This document shows positions 25,126-40,300 of a stretch of 64,000 bases of DNA, one piece after another (position 1 is the stretch's first letter; every line of letters begins with the position of its first letter). The stretch is taken from assembly GCA_964016885.1 (NCBI GenBank), contig OZ024766.1, forward strand, positions 16,120,001-16,184,000. The letters run 5' to 3'. The notes under the pieces are model-generated. The model made no database searches, was not told the origin of the DNA, and worked only from the letters and a program-made list of their open reading frames with translations. Position numbers and translations under genes: made by a program. Origin of the DNA: Eledone cirrhosa (lineage: Eukaryota).

Positions 25126-26276
25126 TCATGTTGAATATTTTTCATGATGTTGTGGTAGGCATATTTCTGGTCATCCACCAGTCAAGGTTTATTTTCATCC
25201 ACAAACTTACGCAACACTTCAATATCATGGTTTGTCTCCTGAAAAACTGATTGTATTACCTCAATTTCTTCTGGCTCTGGCATCCTGCATTGCTGTAATT
25301 CAATGGGACAGGTTGCACAGAGCTTGATTGTAAATCTTGGAGGTAGATTCCACATAAATATTGCTATAACGTCTTTGGGCTACGTGTAGATAGTCGTCTG
25401 ACATATTGTTTTTGTGCTCCTGCCAGGGACGATGAGATTTATTCCACATGCTGTGAGTATAGTAGCAAACAACTGTCTTAGTTAACTGGCTACTCCAGTG
25501 ACTGCTCCTTCTAGTCCCTTCTTCCAATGTCAGTTGTCATACAGGTGTCCATGGCTGTCTTATTTAACTGGCTACTCCAGTGACTGCTCCTTTTAGTCCC
25601 TTCTTCCAATGTCAGTTGCAATACAGGAGTCCATGGCTGTCTTATTTAACTGGCTACTCCAGTGACTGCTCCTTCTAGTCTCTTCTTCCAATGTCAATTG
25701 TCATACAGGAGTCCATGGCTGTCTTATTTAACTGGCTACTCCAGTGACTGCTCCTTCTAGTCTCTTCTTCCAATCTCAGTTGTCATACAGAAGTCCATGG
25801 CTGTCTTATTTAACTGGCTACTCCAGTGACTGCTCCTTCTAGTCTCTTCTTCCAATATCAATTGCCATGCAGAATTTGATGTTCTTTAGATGCTTCTTGT
25901 TATTTGCTGCACTCTGCCACCAAATCACCTGAGATCCTCAAATGATGTTGGTCCTTGAACAATATGCAGAAGTGGCTGTAAATAAAAACTCTCTCTGTTG
26001 TTGGGGTGGTCATTGTAAACATGCCCAATAGCATCACTTGTCTTGACTTCATCACCTTCCACTAAATGACCCTGCTTCCTTTGATTCCAAGTCTTACAAT
26101 TGGTCCAGGTGTAGTATTTTGGGATGTCAGCATATAGGAGGGATCGAACAAATTCTTTATTCTGGCAGTGTTTCAAAAAAGCAGTTAGAGTAGTGTCAGG
26201 TGGTGCTGGTGTCAACTGATGAGCAGTGGTTTCAGTGAAGTACACACTCTGTCCATTTTCTATATGTATAGAGATA
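25126..26276 (-). mobile_element. Helitron RepHel remnant, unit 3
   Basis: ORFs 25300-25527 and 25925-26290. Confidence 0.85.
25473..25864. repeat. 82-bp satellite, ~5 copies
   Basis: Same monomer. Confidence 0.97.
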
Positions 26277-29200
26277 AGGATGAAAAGCAAAGTTAATCCC
26301 TCAGAGGTTAGCTTTGCCTTTCATCCCTACGGGGTCGGTAAAATAAAGTACCAGTAATGTACTGGGGTATTGCTGGCCTTGTGCCTAATGTAGAAACAAT
26401 TATTACAGGGTCGATAAAATATAGTACCAGTAATGCACTGGCGTATTTACTGGCCTTGTGCCTAAAGTAGAAACAATTATTACGGGGTCGATAAAATAAT
26501 GTACCAGTAATACACTAGGGTAATTGCTGGCCTTGTGCCAAAAGTAGAAACAATTATCACATTTCTTTTTAATAAATCACATCACTATAGAATTAAATAC
26601 GACTGGAACTGTGTGTCAAGGTATTAAATTATGTCAGGGACTTTTAACGTTTGACACCGGTACGAGAGTTGAAACATTCGCTAAGACACCGAGTACTTGC
26701 TGTCTTCATTATAACTTTAATTAATCTAATTATATCTTGTGTAACAATTATATATATATACACACACACAATTTTAATTCCTCGACATCAGTCTTGCACT
26801 GTCATATATATTCTTACTTTACAATTGTGTCTACTAAGAGTTCCATTACAATCTGTAGTAGTAAAACTACTATTTCACCAGAATATCTGCTATCAGTCAT
26901 TTATAGACAATATATATATTTTAGACCACATATCCACCTAATATATATATATTTCCTATCAAATCTGTAGCTAAAGACATAAAGTCAGCCTCACTACTTC
27001 ATTCTGACAAGATATCAATTTATGACTAAAGATGAAGAAGATACACCAACGTTAATGTCGTGAAATAAAGCTGATCACATTGAAACTTCTAATTTGATAA
27101 CAAAGAGATTATTTCTTTGGTTGTTTAGTAACAACTAACAACACAATACATTAATTATATGCGAAGGAGGTAAGTTGACAAAGATTTACTTAATGTCTAT
27201 ATTAATGTGTGTAAATAATATAATTATGTGACCCCTACAACGCACCAGTAATTAACCAGATTCCACTGTTCCATGTGATATAAAATATATTGTTATGACT
27301 GTCTTTATTATTTAAATTACCTCCGTCTATTTAATTATCTAGTTCACTACCTTACATTATAAAATATAGTTTATATTTAGCTGTACCTTGTTATTGTTTT
27401 AAGTAAATTAAATTTATATTTATTATTTAAATTACCCCGTCAATTTAATTATCTTGTTCACTACCTTACATTATAAAATATAGTTTATATTTAGCTGTAC
27501 CTTGTTATTGTTTTAAGTAAATTAAAGCTATATTTATTATTTAAATTACCCCCGTCAATTTAATTATATGGTTCACTACCTTACATTATAAAATATAGTT
27601 TATATTTAGCTGTACCTTGTCATTGCTTTAAGTAAATTAAAGATATATTTATTATTTAAATTACCTCCGTCTATTTAATTATGTGGTTCACTACCTTACA
27701 TTATAAAATATAGTTTATATTTAGCTGTACCTTGTTATTGCTTTAAGTAAATTAATATTTTGTCTGTTTTAGTCTAAATCTCTTACAATTTAATTAACTT
27801 CATCTACTTATGGTTGAACATTACTTTATTGTGGGTTTCATTTTATTATAATTATGTCTGATTAGCCAGCCAAGTAGGGGTTGAGTATCTGTATTTCAGG
27901 GAACTGCTTTGATGGTGAAGGGACATCTGTTGGTGTGGGATCTCGGTGGCTGTACATAATAAGGTTCTAATACTCTAAAGAGCTAGCTGAATAACCGTCT
28001 GATACATGTCTTGTATAGAGGATCATAAAGCCATGTATAGAAGAGCAGTCAGCAATGTCAGGATTAACATTCATTATAGTGAAGTGGCAGTATCGGTAGA
28101 GAGTCGGACACCATGCTTTGAGGCACAGAGTTACGTCCCTTTATGATCTGAGTTCAAATCCCGCCGAGGTTAACTTTGCCTTACATCCATACGGGGTCGA
28201 TAAAATAAAGTACCAGTAATGTACTGGGTAATTGCTGGCCTTGTGTTTAAAATAGAAACAATTATAGTGAATAATTTGGAGTGTAGTCTGGTGTCCACCA
28301 GGGCTCTGTTCTTAGCCCTCACTTAGTTATTATCGTCCTGCAGCCTATAACAGAGATGTTTAAGACTGGCTGCCCATGGGAACTCCTGTATGCTCAGCAG
28401 GTCCTGAAGAATGCGGTCATGTGCATTTTCCAGGTCTATAAAACGATAATATATACCTCTTAGCAATACTCCCACGATTTCTCAAAGACCTGCCACAGTG
28501 TGATTATTTGGTGGGTTATGTTGCACCCAGGGAGCAAACAGCACTGTCCATCAGCTAGCTTGGACTCGCTACATCACTTTGCCAGAAACTTTGCATATAC
28601 TTTACCAGGGAGTCATAACAAGGTGATCCCTCTCTATTTGGAACAATCTCTCGTGTGTCCCTTTTTATAAATTGGGATTATCACTCCCGATTGCCATTGC
28701 TTGAGTGCCATTTCAGAGACCCAGGCCATCTGACACACATGAGTCGGTCACATTTGAGCTCTTTAATTGCTCTTGTGACCTCAGCCTCCGAGAGATTAGT
28801 CACCGCTATCAGATTCACCTCATGTACATCCGAAGATGCTGTTGTGATCGGGTTTGGGAGATCAGCAAAGTATTCTCTCCACCTCATGAGGATCCATCTC
28901 TCTGAAGAGAAAAGAACCCCAGATGCACTCATGGTTGCAGGTGTGGAGAAAGATTTCTTGTAACTAATTAAAAAGTAAAATAATTTGATTTTTCAATAAA
29001 AAGTTTCCAGGGTTTATAGATGTAAAATTTCCACTGTTAAATCTATCTCTGCTTCTTAAGTATACTCTATTATTTCATACTGTTTCTTTTTCATTTCAGA
29101 ATATCAGATGACATTGGGATAAATTATTTTTTTCAATCTTGGATACATCACCTCTATTTATCATCATTTGAAGATTAAAACTTTTTAAACAGAACTTATA

Positions 29201-29481
29201 TAACACTGTTTATATAAATCTATCAGAATTACTGTGATATATTTCCTCAGAACTGAGTTTAAAGACAAAATTCCTTTTCTTCAGTGTGTGATATATATAT
29301 ATGAGAGATATATTTTGTATTTTAACTCAGCTTCAATGACAAAGAAGTTTGCATCATCTTCAGGTATTAACTGAGATCATAATTGAGGGAAATATAACAA
29401 AAATAATATTTTTTAGGAATATAATATAAAAAATATTAAAGAATAACATCTGTAAATTCTGCCAAAGGAAGAAGAATTATT

Positions 29482-30759
29482 ATGGAAAATAAATTGAGGG
29501 AAAAGAAGATTAAATGTGAAACAATGTCTAAAGATATGGCTATTACAGAAGAGATGTCAAAGGATAGAGGAGAGAAGCCATATCACTGTGATGTTTGTGG
29601 TAAATCATTCTCTCGAAGTAGTAATTTAACTAGCCACATGCGTATACATACAGGTGAGAAGCCATATCACTGTGATATCTGTGGTAAATCATTCTCTGAA
29701 AGTGGTAACTTAACTAGCCACATGCGTATACATACAGGTGAGAAGCCATATCACTGTGATATCTGTGGTAAATCATTCTTTCTTAATAGTAAATTAACTA
29801 GCCACAAACGTACACATACAGGAGAGAAGCCATATCACTGTGATATCTGTGGTAAATCATTCTCTCTAAGTAGTATATTAACTTGTCACATCCGTACCCA
29901 TACAGGTGACAAGCAATATCACTGTGATATCTGTGGTAAATCATTCTCTGAAAGTGGTAACTTAACTAGACACAAGCGTATACATACAGGAGAGAAGCCA
30001 TATCACTGTGATATCTGTGGTAAATCATTCTCTTTTAGTAGTAATATAAATTCTCACATACGTACTCATACAGGAGAGAAGCCATATCACTGTGATATCT
30101 GTGGTAAATCATTCTTTAATAATATTAGTTTAACTAGACACGAACGTACCCATTCAGGAGAGAAGCCATATCACTGTGATATCTGTGGTAAATCATTCTT
30201 TGTTAATAGTAATTTAACTAGACACAAAAGTATACATACAGGAGAGAAGCCATATCACTGTGATATCTGTGGTAAATCATTCTCTGAAAGTGGTACCTTA
30301 ACTAGCCACAAACGTATACATACAGGAGACAAGCCATATCACTGTGATATCTGTGGTAAATCATTCTCTCGAAGAAGTTACTTAACTGAGCACTTACGTA
30401 TCCATACAGGTGAGAAGCCATATCACTGTGATATCTGTAGTAAATCATTCTCTGATAGTGGTACCTTAACTAGCCACATACGTATACATACAGGAGAGAA
30501 GCCATATCACTGTGATATCTGTAGTAAATCATTCTCTGAAATCTGTACCTTAACTAGACACAAACGTATCCATACAGGAGAGAAGCCACATCACTGTGAT
30601 ATCTGTGGTAAATCATTCTCTGAAAGTGGTACCTTAACTAGACACAAACGTATCCATACAGGAGAGAAGCCATACCACTGTGATATCTGTGGTATATCAT
30701 TCTCTCAATTAAGTAGTTTAACTAAACACAAATATACCCATACAGGTAAGAAACCATAA
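29482..30759 (+). CDS. Poly-C2H2 zinc-finger protein, gene 3 (425 aa, 14 fingers)
   Basis: Homologous leader plus 14 intact C2H2 repeats. Confidence 0.95.
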   Translation: MENKLREKKIKCETMSKDMAITEEMSKDRGEKPYHCDVCGKSFSRSSNLTSHMRIHTGEKPYHCDICGKSFSESGNLTSHMRIHTGEKPYHCDICGKSFFLNSKLTSHKRTHTGEKPYHCDICGKSFSLSSILTCHIRTHTGDKQYHCDICGKSFSESGNLTRHKRIHTGEKPYHCDICGKSFSFSSNINSHIRTHTGEKPYHCDICGKSFFNNISLTRHERTHSGEKPYHCDICGKSFFVNSNLTRHKSIHTGEKPYHCDICGKSFSESGTLTSHKRIHTGDKPYHCDICGKSFSRRSYLTEHLRIHTGEKPYHCDICSKSFSDSGTLTSHIRIHTGEKPYHCDICSKSFSEICTLTRHKRIHTGEKPHHCDICGKSFSESGTLTRHKRIHTGEKPYHCDICGISFSQLSSLTKHKYTHTGKKP

Positions 30760-33095
30760 CAGAGTCATATCTCATTGTCTCAAAATTGTAAATTAATTAG
30801 ACACAAATACATTCATATGAGTGAGAAGCCATACCACTGTGGTATTGTGGAGAAATAATTCTCTTGTATTGCTACATTAACTACATACAAACATAAATAT
30901 ATACTGGAGAAAAGCCATATTACTGTGATATCTGTGGAAATTGTTATCTATAAAAGCTAGCTTAACTAGACACAAACATATATATACAGGAGAGAAACTA
31001 TATCACTGTGATATCTGTGGGAAATCATTCTCTGAAATAAGTCACTTCACTCAGCACTAACATTTACAGAAAAGGAACCATATCACTGTGATATCTGCAG
31101 TAAATCATTCTCTAAATGTTGTGACTTCACTAGACACTAACATATACAGGAGAGGAACCATATCACTGTGTTGTCTGTGGTAAATCATTTTCTAAATGTT
31201 GTGGTACCAACATAAGGTTACTTAATGGAACACAAACACAATCAGACAAGATAAAAACCATGTCACTCACCCAAAATAGTGCCACCAATATTGTTAATGT
31301 TTTCAATAAAACTTGTTTGTTCTGAAATTATTCTCCTTTCATTTTATTTGTAGAAGTTGTAACCAAGACTTGTGCTGACAAATCTGTATGGTACAGAATT
31401 TACAAACACTATATATATATATATATGTGCCAAGCCATCTATGATCTCGGTTTACAGCTGATGAAGGGTTTCTTCTGTCCTTTCATCCATATTACCATCT
31501 TAAACTTTGTTTACAGTAACCACACAGCTCCTTTCGTTTCTTATAATATTATATATATATATAACAAAGGAGGTGTAGTAAAGAACCAGATGGACCATAT
31601 ACGCACCAGAGTACTCAATACTTAGGGTAGTAGAGCGGGTAATAGGAAAATGTTTAACCCCGACGGCAGGGCTCAATCTGTTTCGACGGCTATTTCTGGA
31701 AACAGTCCAGAAATAACCGTCGAAATGGCTTGAGCTCTGCCGTCGGGGTTAAACATTTTCCTATATATATATATACATATGTATGAGTGTATATGTCAGT
31801 GTGTAGAAATTTCTGTCCATGAAAATGACTATCTTTATTTGTGTATATATGTGTGTGTATATGTATGTGTATGTTTATGTGTTCTTATATACGTGTGTGC
31901 ACATCTTGATGTATTTTCAGTGTCTGTTCTAGTTCTCAGAGTACAAATCCCACTGAGGTAAAGTTGCTTCGTTATTTTGAGGTCAATAAATGAAATACCA
32001 GTGAAATACTGGGGGTGTGGGGTTAATTCCTCTTCTTTGTCATTGTCTGTTTGTCTACTCTTCTCTTTCTCTGTATATATATATATATATATATATCCAA
32101 AATTAAGATAAATAAAATTAATCTATATCAAATTATGGGTGTCATGCCAGAAAGACATGCGCCATATCACTCGTAAAATAAGGTACATGGAGCTTATTTT
32201 ATGAGCGATATGGCGCCTGTCTTATTGGCATGACACCCATGATACAATTCAGATTAATTTCATTTTAATTTATCTTAATTTTGGATATATATATATATAA
32301 ATAGGGCCTCTTAATTGTAGAGCTAACTCTGTTGAAAGAACCTGACTGCTGTTTCTAGTAGACAATAACCCTATTCACGCCACTGGGACGAAGCTGGTAT
32401 GATGTGTGTATTTTTAGTAGATACATTACGTGTTACTGGACAGTCGCTGATTTGAACTTGATGCGTAAACACAGATGGTTGGACTTCTTCCTTGTTGAGA
32501 ATCCAAGATCTGGCTACTGTCGTTTACCAATCGATTAATTGGTGAAATATATTTCTTTAATGGAATATATACAAGGAAGATTAATCATTTTCTAAGGTAT
32601 CTATTTTTGAAGTTCTAGTTAAACTTTATTTAGTTACCTAGCTATGTGTGCTTACACACTTTTACAAATTATCCCCTGTCATTGTTTCATATGTTTATTT
32701 ATATGTCAATCAATTTCTAGTTGATATATATATATATACGTGGAAAAGTAAAATATAGCAGAACAGACCGTTAAAAGATGTTTATTTAAAATAGCACCTA
32801 TGTAATGAAGACATGACAAATTGTCCTCGCGCTCTCTCTATATATAGAGAAAAGGTGAAGTTGGAAATAGCACGGAAAATATATTTTAAAGGTCTGTTTT
32901 TCTGTTATATATCTTTTGATTCGTCAAAGTGACATTATTGAAAAAATGGGAGGGACATCATCATTCATCATCATTTCATTTCACGTCCGCATTTTCCCTG
33001 CTTGCAAGGGTGGGACAGGAACTGATTGTTGCTTGATTTCTACAGATGGATGCCCTTCCTAACGCCAACCTCATTTACAGAGAGTGCTGGGTACT

Positions 33096-33440
33096 GTCAT
33101 GTTGAATGTTTTTCATGATGTGGTAGGCATATTTCTGGTCATCCACCAGTCAAGGTTTATTTTCATCCACAAACTTACGCAACACTTCAATATCATGGTT
33201 TGTCTCCTGAAAAACTGATTGTATTACCTCAATTTCTTCTGGCTCTGGCATCCTGCATTGCTGGAATTCAATGGGACAGGTTGCACAGAGCTTGATTGTA
33301 AATCTTGGAGGTAGATTCCACATAAATATTGCTATAACGTCTTTGGGCTAGGTGTAGATAGTCGTCTGACATATAGCTTTTGTGCTCCTACCAGGGAAGA
33401 TGAGATTTATTCCACATGCTGTGAGTATAGTAGCAAACAA
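33096..33440 (-). mobile_element. Helitron remnant, 3' part only (gene-less partial copy a)
   Basis: Homologous to 1036-1382; the adjacent array is truncated at 35866. Confidence 0.8.
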
Positions 33441-35866
33441 CTGTCTTAGTTAACTGGCTGCTCCAGTGACTGCTCCTTCTAGTCCCTTCTTCCAATGTCA
33501 GTTGTCATACAGGAGTCCATGGCTGTCTAATTGAACTGGCTACTCCAATGACTGTTCCTTTTAGTCCCTTCTTCCAATGTCAGTTGTCATACAGGAGTCA
33601 ATGGCTGTTATTTAACTGGCTACTCCAGTGACTGCTCCTTCTAGTCCCTTCTTCCAATGTCAGTTGTCATACAGGTGTCCATGGCTGTCTTATTTAACTG
33701 GCTACTCCAGTGATTTCCCCTTCTAGTCTCTTCTTCCAATGTCAGTTGTCATACAGGTGTCCATGGCTGTCTTATTTAACTGGCCACTCCAGTGACTGCT
33801 CCTTCTAGTCCCTTCTTCCAATGTCAGTTGTCATACAGGTGTCCATGGCTGTCTTATTTAACTGGCTACTCCAGTGACTGCTCCTTCTAGTCTCTTCTTC
33901 CAATGTCAGTTGTCATACAGGTGTCCATGGCTGTCTTATTTAACTGGCTACTCCTGTGACTGCTCCTTCTCGTCTCTTCTTCCAATGTCAGTTGTCATAC
34001 AGGTGTCCATGGCTGTCTTATTTAACTGGCTACTCCAGTGACTGCTCCTTCTAATCTCTTCTTCCAATATCAGTTGTCATACAGGTGTCCATGGCTGTCT
34101 TATTTAACTGGCTACTCCAGTGACTGCTCCTTCTAGTCCATTCTTCCAATGTCAGTTGTCATACAGGTGTCCATGGCTGTCTTATTTAACTGGCTACTCC
34201 AGTGACTGTTCATTCTAGTCTCTTCTTCCAATGTCAGTTGTCATACAGGTGTCCATGGCTGTCTTATTTAACTGGCTACTCCAGTGACTGCTCCTTCTAG
34301 TCCCTTCTTCCAATGTCAGTTGTCATACCGGAGTGCATGGCTGTCTTATATAACTGGCTGCTCCAGTGACTGCTCCTCCTAGTCTTTTCTTCCAATGTCA
34401 GTTGTCATACAGGAGTCCATGGCTGTCTTATTTAACTAGCTACTCCAGTGACTGCTCCTTCTAGTCCCTTTTTCCAATGTCAGTTGACATACAGGTGTCC
34501 ATGGCTGTCTTATTTAACTGGCCACTCCAGTGACTGCTCCTTCTAGTCCCTTCTTCCAATGTCAGTTGTCATACAGGTGTCCATGGTTGTTTTATTTAAC
34601 TGGTTACTCCAGTGATTTCCCCTTCTAGTCTTTCTTCCAATGTCAGTTGTCATACAGGTGTCCATGGCTGTCTTATTTAACTGGCTACTCCAGTGACTGC
34701 TCCTTCCAGTCTCTTCTTCCAATGTCAGTTGTCATAGAGGAGTCCATGGTTGTTTTATTTAACTGGTTACTCCAGTGATTTCCCCTTCTAGTCTCTTCTT
34801 CCAATGTCAGTTGTCATACAGGAGTCCATGGCTGTCTTATTTAACTGGCTACTCCAGTGACTGCTCCTTCTAGTCTCTTTTTCCAATGTCAGTTGTCATA
34901 CAGGTATCCATGGCTATCTTATTTAACTGGCTACTCCAGTGATTGCTCCTTGTAGTCCCTTCTTCCAATGTCAGTTGTCATACAGGTGTCCATGGCTGTC
35001 TTAGTTAACTGGCCACTCCAGTGACTGCTCCTTCTAGTCTCTTCTTCCAATGTCAGTTGTCATACAGGTGTCCATGGCTGTCTTATTTAACTGGCTACTC
35101 CAGTGACTGCCCCTTCTAGTCTCTTCTTCCAATATCAGTTGTCATACAGGTGTCCATGGCTGTCTTATTTAACAGGCTACTCCAGTGTCTGCTCCTTCTA
35201 GTCCCTTCTTCCAATGTCAGTTGTCATACAGGTGTCCATGGCTGTCTTATTTAACTGGCTACTGCAGTGACTGCTCTTTCTAGTCTCTTCTTCCAATGTC
35301 AGTTGTCATACAGGAGTCCATGGCTGTCTTATTTAACTGGCTACTCCAGTGACTGCTCCTTGTAGTCCCTTCTTCCAATGTCAGTTGTCATACAGGTGTC
35401 CATGGCTGTCTTATTTAACTGGCTACTCCAGTGACTGCTCCTTCTAGTCCCTTCTTCCAATGTTAGTTGTCATACAGGTGTCCATGGCTGTCTTATTTAA
35501 CTGGCTACTCCAGTGATTTCCCCTTCTAGTCTCTTCTTCCAATGTCAGTTGTCATACAGGTGTCCATGGCTGTCTTATTTAACTGGCTACTCCAGTGATT
35601 TCCCCTTCTAGTCTCTTCTTCCGATGTCAGTTGTCATACAGGTGTCCATGGCTTTCTTATTTAACTGGCTACTCCTGTGACTGCTCCTTCTAGTCTCTTC
35701 TTCCAATGTTAGTTGTCATACAGGTGTCCATGGCTGTCTTATTTAACTGGCTACTCCAGTGACTGCTCCTTCTAGTCCCTTCTTCCAATGTCAGTTGTCA
35801 TACAGGTGTCCATGGCTGTCTTATTTAACTGGCTACTCCAGTGACTGCTCCTTCTAGTCCCTTCTT
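33441..35866. repeat. 82-bp satellite, ~30 copies, truncated
   Basis: Ends at junction cccttctt|gtgaaatactgggg. Confidence 0.97.
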
Positions 35867-36968
35867 GTGAAATACTGGGGTGGTTAATTGCTCTTCTTTG
35901 TCATTGTCTGTTTGTCTACTCTTCTCTTTCTCTGTATATATATATATATATATATCCAAAATTAAGATAAATAAAATTATTCTATATCAAATTATGGGTC
36001 TCATGCCAGAAAGACATGTGCCATATCACCCGTAAAATAAGCTCCATGGAGCTTATTTTATGAGCGATATGGCGCCTGTCTTATTGGTATGACACCCATG
36101 ATTCGATTCAGATTAATTTCATTTTAATTTATCTTAATTTTGGATATATATATATATATAAATAGGGCCTCTTAATTGTAGAGCTAACTCTGTTGAAAGA
36201 ACCTGACTGCTGTTTCTAGTAGTCAATAACCCTATTCACGCCACTGGGACAAAGCTGGTATGATGTGTGTATTTTTAGTAGATACAGCACGTGTTACTGG
36301 TCAGTCGCTGATTTGAACTTGATGCGTAAACACAGATGGTTGGACTTCTTCCTTGTTGAGAATCCAAGATCTGGCTACTGTCGTTTACCAATCGATTAAT
36401 TGGTGAAATATATTTCTTTAATGGAATATATACAAGGAAGATTAATCATTTTCTAAGGTATCTATTTTTGAAGTTCTAGTTAAATTTATTTAGTTACCTA
36501 GCTATGTGTGCTTACACACTTTTACAAATTATCCTCTGTGATTGTTTCATATGTTTATTTATATGTCAATCAATTTCTAGTTGATATATATATATAAATG
36601 TATATATATATACGTGGAAAAGTAAAATATAGCAGAACAGACCGTTAAAAGATGTTTATTTAAAATAGCACCTATGTAATGAAGACATGACAAATTGTCC
36701 TCGCGCTCTCTCTATATTTAGAGAAAAGGTGAAGTTGGAAATAGCACGGAAAATATATCTGAGGGTCTGTTTTTCTGTTATTTATCTTTTGATTCGTCAA
36801 AGTGACATTATTGAAAGTATGGGAGGGACATCATCACCCATCATCATTTCATTTCACGTCCGCTTTTTCCCTGCTTGCAAGGGTGGGACGGGAACTGATT
36901 GTGGCTTGATTTCTACAGATGAATGCCCTTCCTAACGCCAACCTCATTTACAGAGAGTGCTGGGTACT

Positions 36969-37316
36969 GTCATGTTGAATGTTTTTCATGATGTTGTGGT
37001 AGGCATATTTCTGGTCATCCACCAGTCAAGGTTTATTTTCATCCACAAACTTACGCAACACTTCAATATCATGGTTTGTCTCCTGAAAAACTGATTGTAT
37101 TACCTCAATTTCTTCTGGCTCTGGCATCCTGCATTGCTGGAATTCAATGGGACAGGTTGCACAGAGCTTGATTGTAAATCTTGGAGGTAGATTCCACATA
37201 AATATTGCTATAACGTCTTTGGGCTAGGTGTAGATAGTCGTCTGACATATAGCTTTTGTGCTCCTACCAGGGAAGATGAGATTTATTCCACATGCTGTGA
37301 GTATAGTAGCAAACAA
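36969..37316 (-). mobile_element. Helitron remnant, 3' part only (gene-less partial copy b)
   Basis: Homologous to 1036-1382; the adjacent array is truncated at 41379. Confidence 0.8.
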
Positions 37317-40300
37317 CTGTCTTAGTTAACTGGCTGCTCCAGTGACTGCTCCTTCTAGTCCCTTCTTCCAATGTCAGTTGTCATACAGGAGTCCATGGCT
37401 GTCTAATTGAACTGGCTACTCCAATGACTGTTCCTTTTAGTCCCTTCTTCCAATGTCAGTTGTCATACAGGAGTCAATGGCTGTTATTTAACTGGCTACT
37501 CCAGTGACTGCTCCTTCTAGTCCCTTCTTCCAATGTCAGTTGTCATACAGGTGTCCATGGCTGTCTTATTTAACTGGCTACTCCAGTGACTGCTCCCTCT
37601 AGTCCCTTCTTCCAATGTCAGTTGTCATATAGGTGTCCATGGCTGTTATTTAACTGGCTATTCCAGTGACTGCTCCTTCTAGTCTCTTCTTCCAATGTCA
37701 GTTGTCATATAGGTGTCCATGGCTGTTATTTAACTGGCTACTCCAGTGACTGCTCCTTCCAGTCTCTTCTTCCAATGTCAGTTGTCATACAGGTGTCCAT
37801 GGCTGTCTTATTTAACTGGCTACTCCAGTGATTTCCCCGTCTAGTCTCTTCTTCCAATGTCAGTTGTCATACAGGTGTCCATGGCTGTCTTATTTAACTG
37901 GCTACTCCAGTGATTTCCCCTTCTAGTCTCTTCTTCCAATGTCAGTTGTCATACAGGTGTCCATAGCTGTCTTATTTAACTGGCCACTTCAGTGACTGCT
38001 CCTTCTAGTCCCTTCTTCCAATGTCAGTTGTCATACAGGTGTCCATGGCTGTCTTATTTAACTGGCTACTCCAGTGACTGCTCCTTCTTGTCTCTTCTTC
38101 CAATGTCAGTTGTCATACAGGTGTCCATGGCTGTCTTATTTAACTGGCTACTCCTGTGACTGCTCCTTCTCGTCTCTTCTTCCAATGTCAGTTGTCATAC
38201 AGGTGTCCATGGCTGTCTTATTTAACTGGCTACTCCAGTGACTGCTCCTTCTAGTCTCTTCTTCCAATGTCAGTTCTCATACAGGTGTCCATGGCTGTCT
38301 TATTTAACTGGCTACTCCAGTGACTGTTCATTCTAGTCTCTTCTTCCAATGTCAGTTGTCATACAGGTGTCCATGGCTGTCTTATTTAACTGGCTACTCC
38401 AGTGACTGCTCCTTCTAATCTCTTCTTCCAATATCAGTTGTCATACAGGTGTCCATGGCTGTCTTATTTAACTGGCTACTCCAGTGACTGCTCCTTCTAG
38501 TCCATTCTTCCAATGTCAGTTGTCATACAGGTGTCCATGGCTGTCTTATTTAACTGGCTACTCCAGTGACTGTTCATTCTAGTCTCTTCTTCCAATGTCA
38601 GTTGTCATACAGGTGTCCATGGCTGTCTTATTTAACTGGCTACTCCAGTGACTGCTCCTTCTAGTCCCTTCTTCCAATGTCAGTTGTCATACCGGAGTGC
38701 ATGGCTGTCTTATATAACTGGCTGCTCCAGTGACTGCTCCTCCTAGTCTCTTCTTCCAATGTCAGTTGTCATACAGGAGTCCATGGCTGTCTTATTTAAC
38801 TAGCTACTCCAGTGACTGCTCCTTCTAGTCCCTTTTTCCAATGTCAGTTGACATGCAGGTGTCCATGGCTGTCTTATTTAACTGGCCACTCCAGTGACTG
38901 CTCCTTCTAGTCCCTTCTTCCAATGTCAGTTGTCATACAGGTGTCCATGGTTGTTTTATTTAACTGGTTACTCCAGTGATTTCCCCTTCTAGTCTCTTCT
39001 TCCAATGTCAGTTGTCATACAGGTGTCCATAGCTGTCTTATTTAACTGGCCACTCCAGTGACTGCTCCTTCTAGTCCCTTCTTCCAATGTCAGTTGTCAT
39101 ACAGGTGTCCATGGCTGTCTTATTTAACTGGCTACTCCAGTGACTGCTCCTTCTTGTCTCTTCTTCCAATGTCAGTTGTCATACAGGTGTCCATGGCTGT
39201 CTTATTTAACTGGCTACTCCTGTGACTGCTCCTTCTCGTCTCTTCTTCCAATGTCAGTTGTCATACAGGTGTCCATGGCTGTCTTATTTAACTGGCTACT
39301 CCAGTGACTGCTCCTTCTAGTCTCTTCTTCCAATGTCAGTTCTCATACAGGTGTCCATGGCTGTCTTATTTAACTGGCTACTCCAGTGACTGTTCATTCT
39401 AGTCTCTTCTTCCAATGTCAGTTGTCATACAGGTGTCCATGGCTGTCTTATTTAACTGGCTACTCCAGTGACTGCTCCTTCTAATCTCTTCTTCCAATAT
39501 CAGTTGTCATACAGGTGTCCATGGCTGTCTTATTTAACTGGCTACTCCAGTGACTGCTCCTTCTAGTCCATTCTTCCAATGTCAGTTGTCATACAGGTGT
39601 CCATGGCTGTCTTATTTAACTGGCTACTCCAGTGACTGTTCATTCTAGTCTCTTCTTCCAATGTCAGTTGTCATACAGGTGTCCATGGCTGTCTTATTTA
39701 ACTGGCTACTCCAGTGACTGCTCCTTCTAGTCCCTTCTTCCAATGTCAGTTGTCATACCGGAGTGCATGGCTGTCATATATAACTGGCTGCTCCAGTGAC
39801 TGCTCCTCCTAGTCTCTTCTTCCAATGTCAGTTGTCATACAGGAGTCCATGGCTGTCTTATTTAACTAGCTACTCCAGTGACTGCTCCTTCTAGTCCCTT
39901 TTTCCAATGTCAGTTGACATGCAGGTGTCCATGGCTGTCTTATTTAACTGGCCACTCCAGTGACTGCTCCTTCTAGTCCCTTCTTCCAATGTCAGTTGTC
40001 ATACAGGTGTCCATGGTTGTTTTATTTAACTGGTTACTCCAGTGATTTCCCCTTCTAGTCTCTTCTTCCAATGTCAGTTGTCATACAGGTGTCCATGGCT
40101 GTCTTATTTAACTGGCTACTCCAGTGACTGCTCCTTCCAGTCTCTTCTTCCAATGTCAGTTGTCATAGAGGAGTCCATGGTTGTTTTATTTAACTGGTTA
40201 CTCCAGTGATTTCCCCTTCTAGTCTCTTCTTCCAATGTCAGTTGTCATACAGGAGTCCATGGCTGTCTTATTTAACTTGCTACTCCAGTGACTGCTCCTT

